64,000 nt of DNA from Felis catus (lineage: Eukaryota), in NCBI RefSeq assembly GCF_018350175.1, contig NC_058368.1:128590001-128654000 (forward strand). Reading direction: 5' to 3'. Position numbers and translations under genes: made by a program. How positions within the stretch are numbered: position 1 is the first letter of the stretch; the number at the start of each line of letters is the position of its first letter. Positions 1 through 13,857 of the stretch are shown here, one piece after another. The notes under the pieces are model-generated. The model made no database searches and was not told the origin of the DNA. It worked only from the letters and a program-made list of their open reading frames with translations.

Positions 1-79
1 GGGCTTGAACTCACGAACTGTGAGATCATGACCTGAGCCGAAGTCAGACGCTTAACCGACTGAGCCACCCAGGCGCCCC
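1..79 (-). mobile_element. Can-SINE (5' part, cut by window edge)
   Basis: ...ttaaccgactgagccacccaggcgcccc. Confidence 0.9.
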
Positions 80-591
80 AAAACCTATTAATTTTAAATC
101 CTTTGTTATTTATAACACTCTTGTCCCTTTAGTGAGAAAAATAGTTTTTTGCTAATAAATTCCAGACATTACGAAGACACAGCCAATGGCTCACCATCTT
201 CTTCTCCACTCCATTCAGGGATTCTTCTCCACTCTATTTAGGGAAACTTCATAATATGTACACAGGTCATCTAGCCAGAATTCTGCCTCTCAGTCCCACA
301 CCCCAGACACCCTCATCACCTAGATTTGTTCTTCCTTTGAAATCATACATTTCATGTATGTTACGTGTGACCACAATCTTCCATCATTTTCAGCTTTATT
401 TTTCCCAACTACTTCTAAGACACCGAAATAAAACCCAGAACTCCTATCAGTTCCTCTTGACTTTGCTTTTTTCCCCCTTCTTCAGCTTGGATTCCAAGGT
501 TCAATTCTTCAACTGCCAATATCTTCAACTTCAACCCTGGATGACTCCAAATGTTTGCCTTCTCTGAACCTATATCCAGGACAATCTACAT

Positions 592-735
592 CAGAGGTCA
601 GCAAACTTCTGTAATCAGCAGACTGTAGTATATATTTTAGGGTTTAAGAACTACTACTCATTTCTGTCATTGTAGTGTCAAAGCGGCCACAGACAACAAA
701 TATGTGTTGTAATAATGCTTTATTTTACAAAAATT
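592..735. mobile_element. MER58-like hAT-Charlie fragment
   Basis: cagaggtcagcaaact...tatattttagg...actactca..tctgtcattgtagtgtcaaagcggccacagacaa. Confidence 0.65.
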
Positions 736-1241
736 TTATTTTACAATGCTTTATTTATTTTGCAGCATTTTGCTAGTATGGCAAACTGGCATCACTATAA
801 AAGATCATTCATCTCAACTGGGCTTTCAGTATTGACTGCCAGTCCTATCATATTATAATACTATTCCCTGCAATATTCATAGCTCTTTCAAACTTCTCCA
901 TTCTCCACAAACATGGCCACTCGATCGACTGTAACCAGCAATCTGACCTTTTATTACAAAGAGAAAACAGGAAGTCATTCAATGAGAATTCTCTTAGTGT
1001 CTTATCAACAAACCGACAAACACATTTGCTTCCATCTATCCTTTTTCCTTCTTCATTCCTGTTATCATGGAAAAATCATCCTTTCTCATATTTAAAGTTA
1101 CTATCCCCACCTGTGCTTAGATCCCCCACACCGCTGTCAGAAATCTCGCTCTATACATAATATCCTCTATCTCCAAGATATCTATAAACTCTCCCTTCCT
1201 ACTGGCTCATTCTCATCAGCATTTAAAAATATTCATGATTT

Positions 1242-1467
1242 GGGGCGCTTGGGTGGCTCAGGCAGTTAAGTGTCCAACTTCGGCTCAGGTCATGATCTCA
1301 TGGTTCGTGAGTCTGAACCCCACATCGGGCTCTGTGCTGACAGCTTAGAGCCTGGAGCCTGCTTCAGATTCTGTGTCTCCCTCTCTCTCTCTCTCTCTGC
1401 CCTTTACCTGCTCGTACTCTGTCTCTTTCTCTCAAAAATAAATTAAAATATTTTAAAATAAATAAAT
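1242..1467 (+). mobile_element. Can-SINE
   Basis: ggggcgcttgggtggctca, (CT)n, A tail; TSD aaaaatRttcatgatt. Confidence 0.92.
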
Positions 1468-1487
1468 AAAAATGTTCATGATTCTTT

Positions 1488-1716
1488 TTTTATATATATA
1501 AAATGTTTAAATGTTTATTTTTGGGAGATAGAGAGGGAGAGAGAAGAAGGGAGGGAAAGAGCGGAGGAGGGGCACAGAGAGAGGGGTCAAGGAGGAACCG
1601 AAGCAGGCTCCATGCTGACTGCAGAGAGCCCAATGCAGGGATTGAACTCACAAACTAATCGATCACGACCTGAGCTGAAGTACAATGTTCAACCAATCGA
1701 GCCACGCAGGCGCCCC
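1488..1716 (-). mobile_element. Can-SINE
   Basis: Reverse copy; TSD catgattcttt. Confidence 0.9.
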
Positions 1717-2359
1717 CATGATTCTTTCATCTTAAGAGTAAAACAAAAACCTTTCATTCTATATTCCTCCTAATTAATCTTTCTTCTTCAAATCCAAATT
1801 TTGGCCATCTTTGACTTCCTATCTCCCACATATTTCTCAACTCAGCACAATCTTATTTTTATCTATACTACTCCAATTCACACTACTCTTCCAGTATCAC
1901 TGATACCTGCTGTCATCAAGCATAGTCTTCACCTTACCAAACCTGTCGGTATTACGAAATACAGCTGGATACTGAATTTTCCTTAAAATAATCTCTTCTG
2001 CAGGCTTCCATGATACAACATAGTCCTGATTTTCCTCTTACACTCTCTGGCCACTCCTCTTCATTGTCTTTTGCAGGCTTTTTTTTGTTCCTTTTCCTGT
2101 CTTATTAATCTTGTCTTCCTCATGGTTTTGTTCTATGTATTCTTCTCTTCAACTGCCACTTATATGGTATTTTCAGGGCAGACTACCTTCCTAAATAGCA
2201 GGAATCTATTTAGGATTATTTTCATTTGGATTTCCTGTGAATCCTTCAAATTTAACAAATCTAAAATTTAACTCAACACCCACCTAAACCTTTCTTTATC
2301 TTAGTAAATGACAATATAATCTACCCAACTGCCCAAGTTAGTGAACTTGAGGATCATTC

Positions 2360-2885
2360 TTTTTTTAAATAACAGCTTTATTGAGCTATAATTGACATAC
2401 CACACAATTCATTCAAAGTATGTACTTGAGCAGTCTTTAGTATATTCACAGAGTTGTGCAATCATCACCAAAATCAATTTTAGAGTATTTTTATCACCCC
2501 AAAAAACCCAATTCCCATTAGCAGGCACTCCCCATTTCTCCCTACCCTCTGCTCTAGAAAACCACTAATCTACTTTCCATCTCTATAGATTAGCCTATTT
2601 CTTGACATTTCATAGAGATGGAATTATACAATATGTGGTCTTTTGCAGTTTTTCATTTAATGTAATGTTTTCTTTTGTCTTCCTTTTTTCATTTCCTTTA
2701 GCATAATGTTTTCTTTTTTCTCTTTCCATTTCATTTACCATGATGTTTTTAAGGTTCATTCACACTGCAGCATGTATCAGTACTTCACTTCTTTTTATTG
2801 CTGAATAATATTCTAGTTTATGGCTATTCGCTAATCAGTTCATGAACATTTCATTTATTTCGACTTTTTGGATATTTTGAACACA
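2360..2885 (-). mobile_element. Old L1M 3' end
   Basis: aacagctttattgagctataattgacatac...ttcacagagttgtgcaatcatcacc...accactaatctactttc. Confidence 0.8.
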
Positions 2886-3049
2886 AACTCATTGTTCATG
2901 AGTTCGAGCCCTGCATTGGGCTCTGCACTAACAGCTCAGAGCCTGGACCCTGCTTCACATTCTGTGTCTGCCTTGCTCCCTACCCCTCTCCTGCTTGTAT
3001 TCTCTCTCTCTCTCTCTCTCAAAAATAAGTAAATAAACATTAAATGTTT

Positions 3050-3825
3050 TTAATGAATAAGATTCTTGAATATATTCAACAGTGTTTATTCAACTGTTAC
3101 ATGTTTGAACTAGGGATTCAACTGGCATGCAAAATAAACACTGTCCCTGCCCTATTGCAAGGAGCTTCAGTTTATCAAGAAAAACAAATGATTAAACAAG
3201 AAATAACAGTAAAGTCCAAAAGGGACTATAACAATGAAAAGTGTACAGTGTTTTAGCAGGGCCACATAACCTATAGAGAATTCACAGAAGTCTTTCCAGA
3301 GCCAGTGATGCTCTGGCTTTTCACTGAGATGAAAGTTGATGAATAGAAATTGGCCAAGTCCAAAGAAGGAGGATGAGACTTCTAGTCGAGGGAACAGCAT
3401 GAAGAAACTCTTTCGGGTAACAGTAAACATGACATTTTAAAAACTGAAAGATGCTAAGTATGACTAGAGTGCCAAAGAACAGTGGCCAGAGATAAAGCCA
3501 GAAAGATAGGCAGTATATGTATCATGAGGGACTGAGGGACCTTATAAATATTAAGTAGGCTGAATATTTTCTAGGAAAAAGTAAGCTTTTAAAGCAATGA
3601 CAAAAAACAAAAAATGAAAACATCAAATTGGCATTTTAGATATGCTGCCAATTGGTTAGAAGATGGCCAAGAGGAGGGTAAAGAGACCAGGTAGGAGGTT
3701 GCAGTAATCCAGCACAAGTCAGCAGATCCTGGCTTGCCTAGAGTAATGGCAATGGGATAAATAGATATGAGAGGTTATTTACAGAGAATTGACAGAAATT
3801 GCAAGTTGATTAGCTATCAGGACTA
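3050..3825 (-). mobile_element. L2 relic
   Basis: tattcaacagtgtttatt...gtccctgccct..aggagctt; gagaccaggtaggaggttgcagtaatccag. Confidence 0.6.
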
Positions 3826-4609
3826 GTGAAAAATCAAGAATGGCCTCCAGGGAAATGCAAATAAAAACCACAATGAAATAACCATTTCGTTCGTATTAGA
3901 ATTGCTGAAATCAAGGCAGACGATAAGTGTTGAGTAGGATGCAGATAAACTGGAACCCTCATAAATTATGGGTGGGAATGTAAAATGTTTTAGAAAACAG
4001 TTTCTCAAGGGTTAAGCATAGACTTAGCATATGAGCCAGCAATTCCACTCTGTGGAAAACATAACTCCACACAAAACTTGTGCATTATGAACATTTGTTT
4101 GTAGTGGCACTCCAGAATTTTATTCATTTTTAAAGAACATGGCCTGGATACTGACATCTGTATTTTCTGATTTATGTTCCATTATGCAAAATTCTAAGAA
4201 AACTCAGAACGAGAAAAAGTTGTTCTCTATCCTAAAGTGTTATAGAGAAGACTGTAGAAAAGATATCCCTTTAAGCCATATCATATGCTCAAGCTAGAAA
4301 ATACACTTATGGAAAACTCAGATGAAGTAAAGGTATGATAGATATGTAATTAGTGACAGGGACAGAGAATGTGGAGAAGGACAGTATCACACCTTCTTTA
4401 TCTTTCTTTGTACCAAGGAAGAAATTATTTGTATAAGAATTTATTTCTTATTGGATACTTCCAAAGTTCTTGTTAATAAAATGCTTTGTCTATTTCAGAC
4501 AGAATTATGAATGCATGAAATACTATTTTGAGTTGGCAAAAACATTTACGTTCTAAAGAAGTCAATGTTAATGAAAGAAAATGCAAACATATGGCTTATT
4601 AATTTTAAA

Positions 4610-6680
4610 ATACTGTTAACTGAAGTGTAACAAACATACAAAAAGGTCTACAGATCATAAGTGTACAGTTCAATGAATTTTCCCAAAGTAACCACCACCT
4701 GCATTATAAGATAGAATATTATGAACATTACATTACTAGCACCCCTAGAAGGCTCTCTAGACCCCCTTTCAACCCTCAACAAGAAAGACAATCACCATAC
4801 AGACCTCTATTAATCTTGATTAGTTTTGTCTATTTTTGAATAGGAGTTATATATTAGGCACTCTTTTGTGTCTGGTTATTTTGTCCAATGTTATATAAAA
4901 TTCATACATTTTGTTGATAAAGAAGTGAGCGTACCCTTGTCAATGCTGGACAGTATTCCAGTGTAAAATTAGACAGATTTCATTGGACTGTTACTGGACA
5001 TTTGGGTTATTTCCAGTTTTTGGTTATCATGAACAGTGCTGCTATGCGCAATCTTATAAATGTCCCTTGGTGAACATACGTATGCATTTATATACTCAAA
5101 AGTATATCTTTAGGGTAATAAGATATCCACATATTTGGCTTCAGTTGATAACAAATATGTGTACCAATTGTAATCTCATCAGCAATAGATACACTTGTCA
5201 TTGTTATCAGATCCTTTAATTTTAGCCATTCTGGAGGGTATAAAGAGGTATCTCATTGTGGATTTACTTAAAATATCCAGGTGCTCAATTAATAAAGAGA
5301 AATGCATTTATTTATTGGCTATTTAGATACCCTCTTAATTGAAGTGTCTATTCTAATGTTTTGCATGTGTCAGATATATCATCTCCCATTCCATGGTTTA
5401 CTTCTTTATTCTTAATGTTTTTTGATCAGTAGAGCTTCCTAATCTTAATGTAGGTGAATTTATCAATTTATCTCTTTTTGGTTTAAACTTTGTTTTTATC
5501 TACCTTGAGTCATGAAGATATTTTCCTATAAGCTTTATTATTATTATTTTTATTTTTACACCTGTCATCTACCTAAAATTGGTAGATTTCTTTTCTGTCT
5601 GGTGTGGGGTAAGGGTCAAGATTAGTTTTTTTATAGATACCTGGTTGATCCAGCACAATTTATGGAAAAGACCATCATCTTCACAATGCACTGTAGTGTT
5701 ACCTGTGTCATAAATCAAATGACTGTATATGTGTGGGTGTGTTTCTTGATTATCCTGTTCCACTGTTTTGTTTTTCACTTGTACTGATCTCACATCAACT
5801 TAATTAGTGTAATTAATTTACAGTAAGTCTTAGCTGGTCACCTTCCATAAAAGAATCTGAAAATTTTTATTACAAGTGCATTGATTCTATAGATTCTTGG
5901 TAAAACTGGTATGTTTACAATATTGAGCCATCTAATTCTTTTTTTTTTTTAATGTTTATTATTTTTGAAAGAGAAAGAGAACAAGCAGGGGAGGGGCAGA
6001 GAAAGATTCCCAAGCAGGCTCTATGCTGTCAGCACAGACCCCAAAGCACGCTCGAACTCATGAACCACAAGATTATGACCTGAGCCAAAATCAAGAGTCA
6101 GACACTTCACCAAATGAGCTATCCTGGGACCTCTGTGGCTTCAAATTCTTCAATATGGCATATCCCACCATTTATTTAAATCTTAATTTCTGTCACCAAT
6201 ATTCTCCAGTGTTCTGTGTGGTGTTGAGTGGTCTTGAACACTTTTCAATTTTTTACTAGGTATATGATTTTTGATGCAATGGTCAATAATAATACTTTTG
6301 AAATTTCCTAATTCTTTGCGCCTAAAATTCAGAAATACAACCGACCTTGTATCCAGCAGCTTTGACAAATTTAGTCATATTAATTTTAGTAATTGGTTAG
6401 AGATTCTTTTGGATTTTCTATGCTCATAATCGTGTCATCTATGAATGACAGTTCAAATTCCTTTTAATTCTTTCCTTTGCCTTATTGTATTGCCTAGGAC
6501 TTCCAGTATAATATTGGACGCAGGAGATAATAGAGATAACTCAAAGGAAAAGCTTTCAATAACTTACCAACAAATAAAATGTTTGCCATAGGTGTGTTTT
6601 TTTTAAAGTAGATACCCTTTAACAAATTAAGAAATTTGTAAGTTAAGAATTTTTAAAGAATCAGGTGTATTGACTTTTAT
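4610..6680 (-). mobile_element. Ancient L1 (L1MD/ME-like) fragment
   Basis: Degenerate L1 3' end near 4610 and ORF2 reverse-complement motifs (ggattttctatg..atcgtgtcatctatgaatgacagtt). Confidence 0.75.
5940..6131 (-). mobile_element. Can-SINE
   Basis: Poly-T, gattcccaagcaggctc, atgacctgagccaaaatcaagagtc. Confidence 0.85.
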
Positions 6681-6746
6681 TACAAAGTATGATTTTTTTC
6701 CTCAACAAACTAAATATAGAGGCAAAGTACCTCAACATAGCAAAGA

Positions 6747-6748
<2 letters not shown>

Positions 6749-6792
<44 letters not shown>
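6749..6792. repeat. (AC)22 microsatellite
   Basis: Read directly. Confidence 0.95.
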
Positions 6793-6794
<2 letters not shown>

Positions 6795-6949
6795 CAAGCC
6801 CACAAGCTAACATTATGCTCACAATGAAAAGCTAAAAGTTTTCCTTCTAACATCAGGAACAAGAAAATGATGCCCAATCTCACCACTTTTATTCAACATA
6901 GTATTAGAAGTCCTAGCCAGGGTAATGAAACAAGAAAACTAAGCAAAGA

Positions 6950-7155
6950 GAGGTGCGTGGGTGACAGAGGTGGTTGAGCATCCAACTCCTGATTTCAGCT
7001 CCGGTCATGATCTCATGGTTTGTGGGATCAAGCACAGAGTCTGTTTGGGATTCTCTCCCCCTCCCCGCTTTCTTTCTGCCTCTCCCTCTCTTGCTTGCAT
7101 CCTCTTTCTCTCTCAAAATAAATTTTAAAAAAAATTTTAAAAGAAGAAAAAAACA
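6950..7155 (+). mobile_element. Can-SINE inside L1
   Basis: tRNA-like head, CT-rich tract, A tail. Confidence 0.85.
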
Positions 7156-9790
7156 GCACAGAAATTAGAAAGGAAGTTTTAAACTGTCTCTATTTGTAGA
7201 TGACATGATAATATGTATAGAAAATCCCAAAGAGTCCATTGAGAAATTTTTGAACTAATAGGCAAATTCAGTAAAGTTTCAGGATATACAATCAATATAC
7301 AAAAATCTGTCATGTTTCTATACAGCAATAATGAACTATCAGAAAGAGAGATTAAAATAATTCCATTTACATCTGCATCAAAAAGAATAGAATACCTAGA
7401 GATAAATCTAACCAAGGAGGTAAAAGATACATATACTATAAACTATAAGATATTGATGAAAGAAACTGAAGACACAAATAAATGAAAGGATATTCCATGC
7501 TCACGGGTTGGAAGAATTAACATTGTTAAAACGTCTATACTACTCAAAGTAATCTGCAGATTAAGTAGAGGTGCTATCAAAATTCCAAGAGCATTTTTAC
7601 AGAAATAGAAAAAAAATGCTAAAATTTGTATGGAACCATAAAACCCCAAATAGCTAAAGCAATCTTGAAAAAGAAGAAAAAAAGCTATAGGTATCATACT
7701 TCCTGATTTCAAACTATTTTACAAAGCTACAGTAATCAAAACAGTATAGTATTGGCATAAAAACAGACACACTGACCAAGAGAACAGAATAGATAGCCCA
7801 GAAATAAACCCATGCATATATGGTCAATTAATTTATAACACGGAGCCAAGAACCTAAAATGCAGAAATGATAATCTCTTCAGGAAATGGTACTGAGAAAA
7901 CTAGACAGTAACAGGCCCAAGAATAAAACTGGACCACTTTCTTACACCATACACAAAAATAAACTCAAAATAGATTAAAGACTTGAATATAAGACCTGAA
8001 ACCATAAAACTCCTACAGGAAAACAAAGGCAGTAAGCTCCTTGACATTAATCTTTGGGAGATGATCTTTTGGATTTGACTCCAAAACCAAAGGTGACAAA
8101 AGCAAAAATAAGCAGGTGTAACTACACGTCAAACAAAAAATCTTCTGTGCAGCAAAGGAAACCATCAACAGGACAAAAAGGCAACCTTCTGAATGAGAAA
8201 AGATTTGCAAATCATGTATCTGATTTAAAAATGGGCAAAGGAAGTGAATAGGCATTTTTCCGCAGAAGACATACAAATAGCCAACAGGTACATGAAAAAG
8301 TGCTCAATATAACTAATCATCAGGGAAATGCAAATCAAAACCACAGTAAGCTATCATCTCAAACTTGTTAGAATGGCTAATATCAAAAAGATAAGAGATA
8401 ACAAAGGCTAGTGAGGATGTGGAGAAAAGAGAACCCTTATGCACTGCTGGTGGGAATGTCAATTGGAGCAGCCACTGTGGAAAACAGTATGGAGGTTTCT
8501 CAAAAAATAAAAAACAGAACTACCCTATGATCCAGCAATTCCACTTCTAGGTATATATCTGAGGGAAACAAAATCACTATCTTGAAGAGACATCTTCACC
8601 CCCATGTTCATTGCACTATTATTTTATTTATGTATGTATGTATTTAATACTTATTACAGCCAAGACATGGAAACAACCTAAGTGTCCATCTGTGTATGGA
8701 GGGATAAAGAATATGTGGTATTTTTATACAAGGGAATATTATTCAGCCACCAGAAAGGAGGAAGTCTAACCATTTATGGCAAACAACGTGGAAAGACACA
8801 GAGGGAATTATGCTGAATGAAACAAGTTAGAGAATGACAATTACGCTATCACTAATATATGAAATCTACAAAAGCTGAACTCACAGAAATAGAAACAAGT
8901 GGTGGTTAGCAAGGTGGGGGGGTAGCAAAATGTGGAGATATTGGTAAAAGGTACAAACTTTAGACAATTAAGAAAAGAAAAAGTTGCACAGGGAAAGAGA
9001 TTTGAGGCAGGGAATATAACACTATCAAGATGTGATCAGAAGACAAAAGATCAATTTAGAGATAGCAAATAATTTAGGCTATAAAGAGGGAGAAGCTAAG
9101 GTTAAGGGAGTAGGGATTGAGGTTAGGGAGAACTTAGAGTGCCAGGCCGAATTTAGCCAAGGGAAATCCCTTGTGGGTTTGGGTAAAGACATAATGAAAC
9201 CACATTATAATAAGGCTAATTTTGGGGTAGAGCTTACCATGGTAAATATGGGAAGCAATGTAATGCATTGGGAGTTCTGAGTAGTAGTCTAGATGTACAG
9301 CGTTGAGAGAAATAGAAAAGAAAATGAGAGAGCTTGAAGGAAGAATTGCTAAGATTTGAAGAGTACATGGATGTGAGGAGTGATGAACATGTTATATTTG
9401 AGGAGATTACCCCACATTCAAGTAAGAGAGGTTCAGTAGACAGGTAGAGAAATATGGGACTAGAGCTTAGGGAAAAGATTAGCACTAGAAATACAAATTT
9501 AATCAAATATCACAAAAACCTATTTTTTATTGTCTACCATTATTTAGTGTCTATCTTTACTAAGCAATATTAGTAACTTTCTTTTCCTTTAAGGTTTTAG
9601 GTCAATAGAAGATAAACCCAATTTTCTTCCTTAGATCACTAAACAATAGTTTTCAAATAATGAAGATAATAATAGTTCATGTTTTTTGCTAACCACTCTT
9701 CTGGGTATCTTACATATATCCATGTATTTACAACCATTCTATAAAGTAAAATCACTACCCCCATTTACAGATTTTCCTTCAACCTATTTA

Positions 9791-9949
<159 letters not shown>

Positions 9950-10049
9950 TTAAACTTTAGGAATACTTGACTTAGGTGAGTTTCAAAACTGATACTATAT
10001 TAACAAGTAGCAGTCTCAAGTAGGACAATATGAATGGCCACGCCTCTAT

Positions 10050-10560
10050 CACAGGTCTACATCCCAGCTGTCCAAAGAAGGACAATGTCCAGGCACTTCT
10101 ACTTTCAGCCTTCTCTAGTGTATTGCGGAGGCCTGCTTCCCACTAAAGTTTATAAAATGGAGAACTTCCTATTTCTGTACTTGAACCTAGAGGAATTAGC
10201 TACACTGGACCTCTTCCTGGAGGGGGCAGTGATTTTTCCTTATTGGAAGAGATACCTATTCTGGTTTTGGATTTGCTTTTCTCAAATACCGCTTTATTAG
10301 TACTATGATTCTTAGAACTGTTGAATGCCTCACATAGATCCACAGTATCTCACACAATATTGATTCTGATCAAGTAACTTACTCAATGACATAAGAATGC
10401 AATTCGTAGATGTCCACGGCACCACTCTTTTGTAACCTATCAGCCATAGAAGCATGATCTGTTGAAGACTTAGGTTATGATATCAGCTACAATACAACAT
10501 CTTTTGAGGGTGATATACTAAAGGATGCAGTATGTATTCTGAACCGGTGATCAATACGGT
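10050..10560 (+). mobile_element. ERV-L internal (integrase) remnant
   Basis: From ~10196 the degenerate translation ISYTGPLP/WRGQ*FFLIGRDTYSGFGFAF...SHNIDSDQ resembles ERV-L integrase DYIGPLP..GIDTYSGYGFAF..PHSIASDQG. Confidence 0.75.
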
Positions 10561-10741
10561 ATATGTGTCACTTTACTAAACCTAAATTCACACAAACTGG
10601 CTGTTAAGTAACACTTATCAGACAATGATGGAAATTTGAACTCCAAGTAGGTATTAAAACCTGGAATTACTGTGTGAGATACCAGTATCATGGCTACATT
10701 TATAGACTTTAATTTTTAGAGATATAAACAATTATGAATGA

Positions 10742-10950
10742 GGGGTGCCTGGGTGGCTCAGTCGGTTGAGAGTCTGATTTCAGCTCAGGTCATAATCTCA
10801 CGGTTTGTGAGTTCGAGCCCCGCGTCGGGCTCTGTAAAGACAAGCTCAGAGCCTGGAGCCTACTTCGTATTCTGCGTCTCTCTCACTCTCTGCCCTCCCT
10901 TGATCGTGCTTTGTCTCTTTTGCTCTCAAAAATAAAATAAAAAAAAAATA
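10742..10950 (+). mobile_element. Can-SINE
   Basis: ggggtgcctgggtggctcagtcggttgag; flanked by atgaatga. Confidence 0.9.
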
Positions 10951-11573
10951 ATGAATGAAATAATATGCTTCTGGGATTTGTTTCAAACAATACTCAGTGG
11001 GTAGGTGGCGTTAGAGATGAAACCAGATTCATTATGATTGATAACTGCTGAAGCTAGGTGATGGGTACCTAGTTCATACACTATTCTCTTCTTTTGTATA
11101 TGCTAGAAATTTTCCATAACAAAATTAACAAACAAAAGTTAACAGAAGACTACTGCAATCCTATGCAGATAGGACATCATGACTTCCGATTCCTTACGAT
11201 GAAGGTTTGGATTACAATAAACAGTAAAGGACCTTAAGCACCTGAATGAATGAGAACACGAAGAAGGAAAGCCTTTAAGTATTAGTTCTGGCTTTGAGAA
11301 AGCCGCAAAAATACAAAGGCTGTAGTGTCTACCCATAATTCCATTCTATGTCACGTATAATTTATATATTTTAACTGATTTTCCTTTTCTTTCCTCTCTC
11401 TTACCTCCATTATTTCATATAAGTTAACTATAAACTGATCATATGTAAAAACTGATCATACATATAAAAGATCATATGTAAAACTAGTGGAAAAATGGAC
11501 ATTATCTTGAACTGAAGCTGGATGTGGTAAGTAGACTGAGGATCTTTCGGGAAAGGGATGATTATATTTTGGT

Positions 11574-12070
11574 TGTGTAGTAGATACTTGCCTTTTTGGC
11601 TGCTTAGTGGATAGGTGGAAATTTTTTAAAAGTTGGATCCAAACTCTTCCTATCTGGGGAACATCTCCTTTGTTTTACTGCCTTTACAGAAAGCTAGGGA
11701 CTCCAGATATTCTCTTTCCCTTTCATTTGGCAGTAATGGCATCGACATGTGTCCTAAGCTTTCTCAGGCCTGCCTAGAACTCTAAAATTCCAGCTAGTAA
11801 TGCAAAACCCAGGGATATTTAACAATTATTCATAGTTGTGGAGTTAAGAGTCTGCGTTGGTGACATGTAGCAGAATCCAAACTAAATTGTTCCTGTGGTA
11901 TGATCCTGACTGTTGTCTCCGCCATAGTTTCACTTACCTTCTGCTCATTTTGCACACTGATTCTCCCACCTTCCTACCAGTTACATGAGATACTAAGTAT
12001 CTTTCCAATAAATTTCTCCTTAAAATAAGCAGAATTGACTTCTATTTGCTCCTAAGAATTTTGATGTATG
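11574..12070 (+). mobile_element. ERV-L class LTR (LTR33/LTR41-like)
   Basis: Begins TGT; ends ttccaataaatttctccttaaaataagcagaattgacttctatttgc..aagaattttgat, typical of this LTR group; lies downstream of the integrase remnant. Confidence 0.55.
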
Positions 12071-13713
12071 CCAAGATTTTCTGGTTATAGTAAAACAAAT
12101 CTTTAATGCAGCGATTACAAATAAAAGCTCATTTACATTTTAAATTTAATTTTAAAATAGGTCAGAATATTAAATTATTATCTTACTGTGAATGACCTGT
12201 TATTCTCATTCACATTTAATGAATACACACATTAAGTAACACAAAAATAAATATCAGCAATCTGAGCCACATTAACTTCATAAAATTTTTTAGTAAAATT
12301 ATTTTGTACAGTTAGATTATAAAGTGTTTGAATATAAAATGCTATTTTAACTCATTTTGCAAACATGCTCACTGTATGCCCATTTACATTCAAAGTTATG
12401 CTTTTAAGGACAGAGACTGAATCCAAGAAGAATGTCATGGTAAAACAGAAGACTGATACACAAAGCATTTACTTGACTTTATATACCAGAAAGTAGATCA
12501 CAGTTCCTCAGGATAACAGTAAATACATGTGGTATACAGGAAAATACCATTTTAATATATAACAAAATAAATAAAGTTAAAATGTTAGCTAAGATAAAAG
12601 AAGAGAAAATGAATTAATATGACTGTCTTACATTTTAAAATATAAGTGTTTTGGTTTTTTGTTTTTTGGTGAGAGTGGAGTGAGAGCATAAAATGGTGTA
12701 AATGGCCTCTTAGAAACCAAGTTTCACACTATATGAGGTGTTATCTTTGTTCTGTACCAAGCGACCCTGTAACTATATTGCTTTACGGTTTTTAACATGC
12801 TTTTTAAAAGACAGTATTTCGTTTCAGTCCCACAAAAAACTTACAAGAATGAGAGGACAGGTATAATTATCTTTAAAAAACAATAAATAACCTGAAGTTC
12901 AGAGAAATTGTTTCCCAAATCTTTATTTTCAAAGTGAAGCACCAGAGCCAACAATTGTAAATCTCCTCCCAAATATCACATGGACTTATGTATCTACTCA
13001 AGTGCTTTGGGAACAGCATTAATACAGAATGGTTGTTGACATTAATGTTCATGAAGTTTTTCCTTTTGAAAGCATTTCCCCAACACCCATTCTCTCTGTT
13101 AATTCAAAGCTGTGCTCAATATTGGATCAGATACAGATGACAAAAAAGAATTAAGCGGCCATTACGAACAAATTACAATAGTCAGAAGACTAATGACAAA
13201 GAGAGGTATGTTAAGTTTGGCAGCTTTGAGTAAGTATGGAGATAAGACACTTGCGTGCAGGTGTGCATAGGTGTGTGTTTGGTGAGGGACTACCAGTACA
13301 TTTACTGCTTCTATCCATTAATCTTTTAAACTTTCTACCCTATTAATATCAGTTGAAAAAATGTAATTCGTGTTTATAATTAGCTGAAAGACTTATAAAA
13401 AGTCTTATGCTAAATGGTACTACAACTATAATGAGTTACCGGAGTGCTATGTAGGTGTATAACAAAAATGACATAATCAGAAGTTTTTATATAAATTCCT
13501 TTTGAAAACTGATACCAAAGTTGTTTTGAGGAAGTCTCATGTTAAAAACAGCTATGCCTGAATTTCAGTTGTTATTTAAAAAAAAAAAATGTCAAGGGAT
13601 ATCCATGTAAAAAATGTCATGTGAACAACCTGCTGGAGACCATCATATGACTGCTATTGTTATGGTTTGTATTTGATGCAAAAGTACTAAATTGTTTATA
13701 CATTCATGAATTA

Positions 13714-13857
<144 letters not shown>

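Larger units (their letters stand above)
850..2350 (+). mobile_element. L2 relic interrupted by two SINEs
   Basis: ggcttccatgatacaac..tcctgattttcctcttacactctctggccactcc; ttcaaatttaacaaatctaaaatttaactc. Confidence 0.6.
6700..8975 (+). mobile_element. 5'-truncated older L1 (ORF2 3' half plus 3' UTR), with an internal SINE and (AC)n
   Basis: tctctatttgtagatgacatgata (RT core), [12 protein letters not shown], cactgctggtgggaatgt, ccctatgatccagcaattccact. Confidence 0.9.

Noticed and set aside
11432..11484. Short repeats of gatcata/aaactgatcata
   Set aside because: Degenerate local slippage duplication with no unique spacers; not an array
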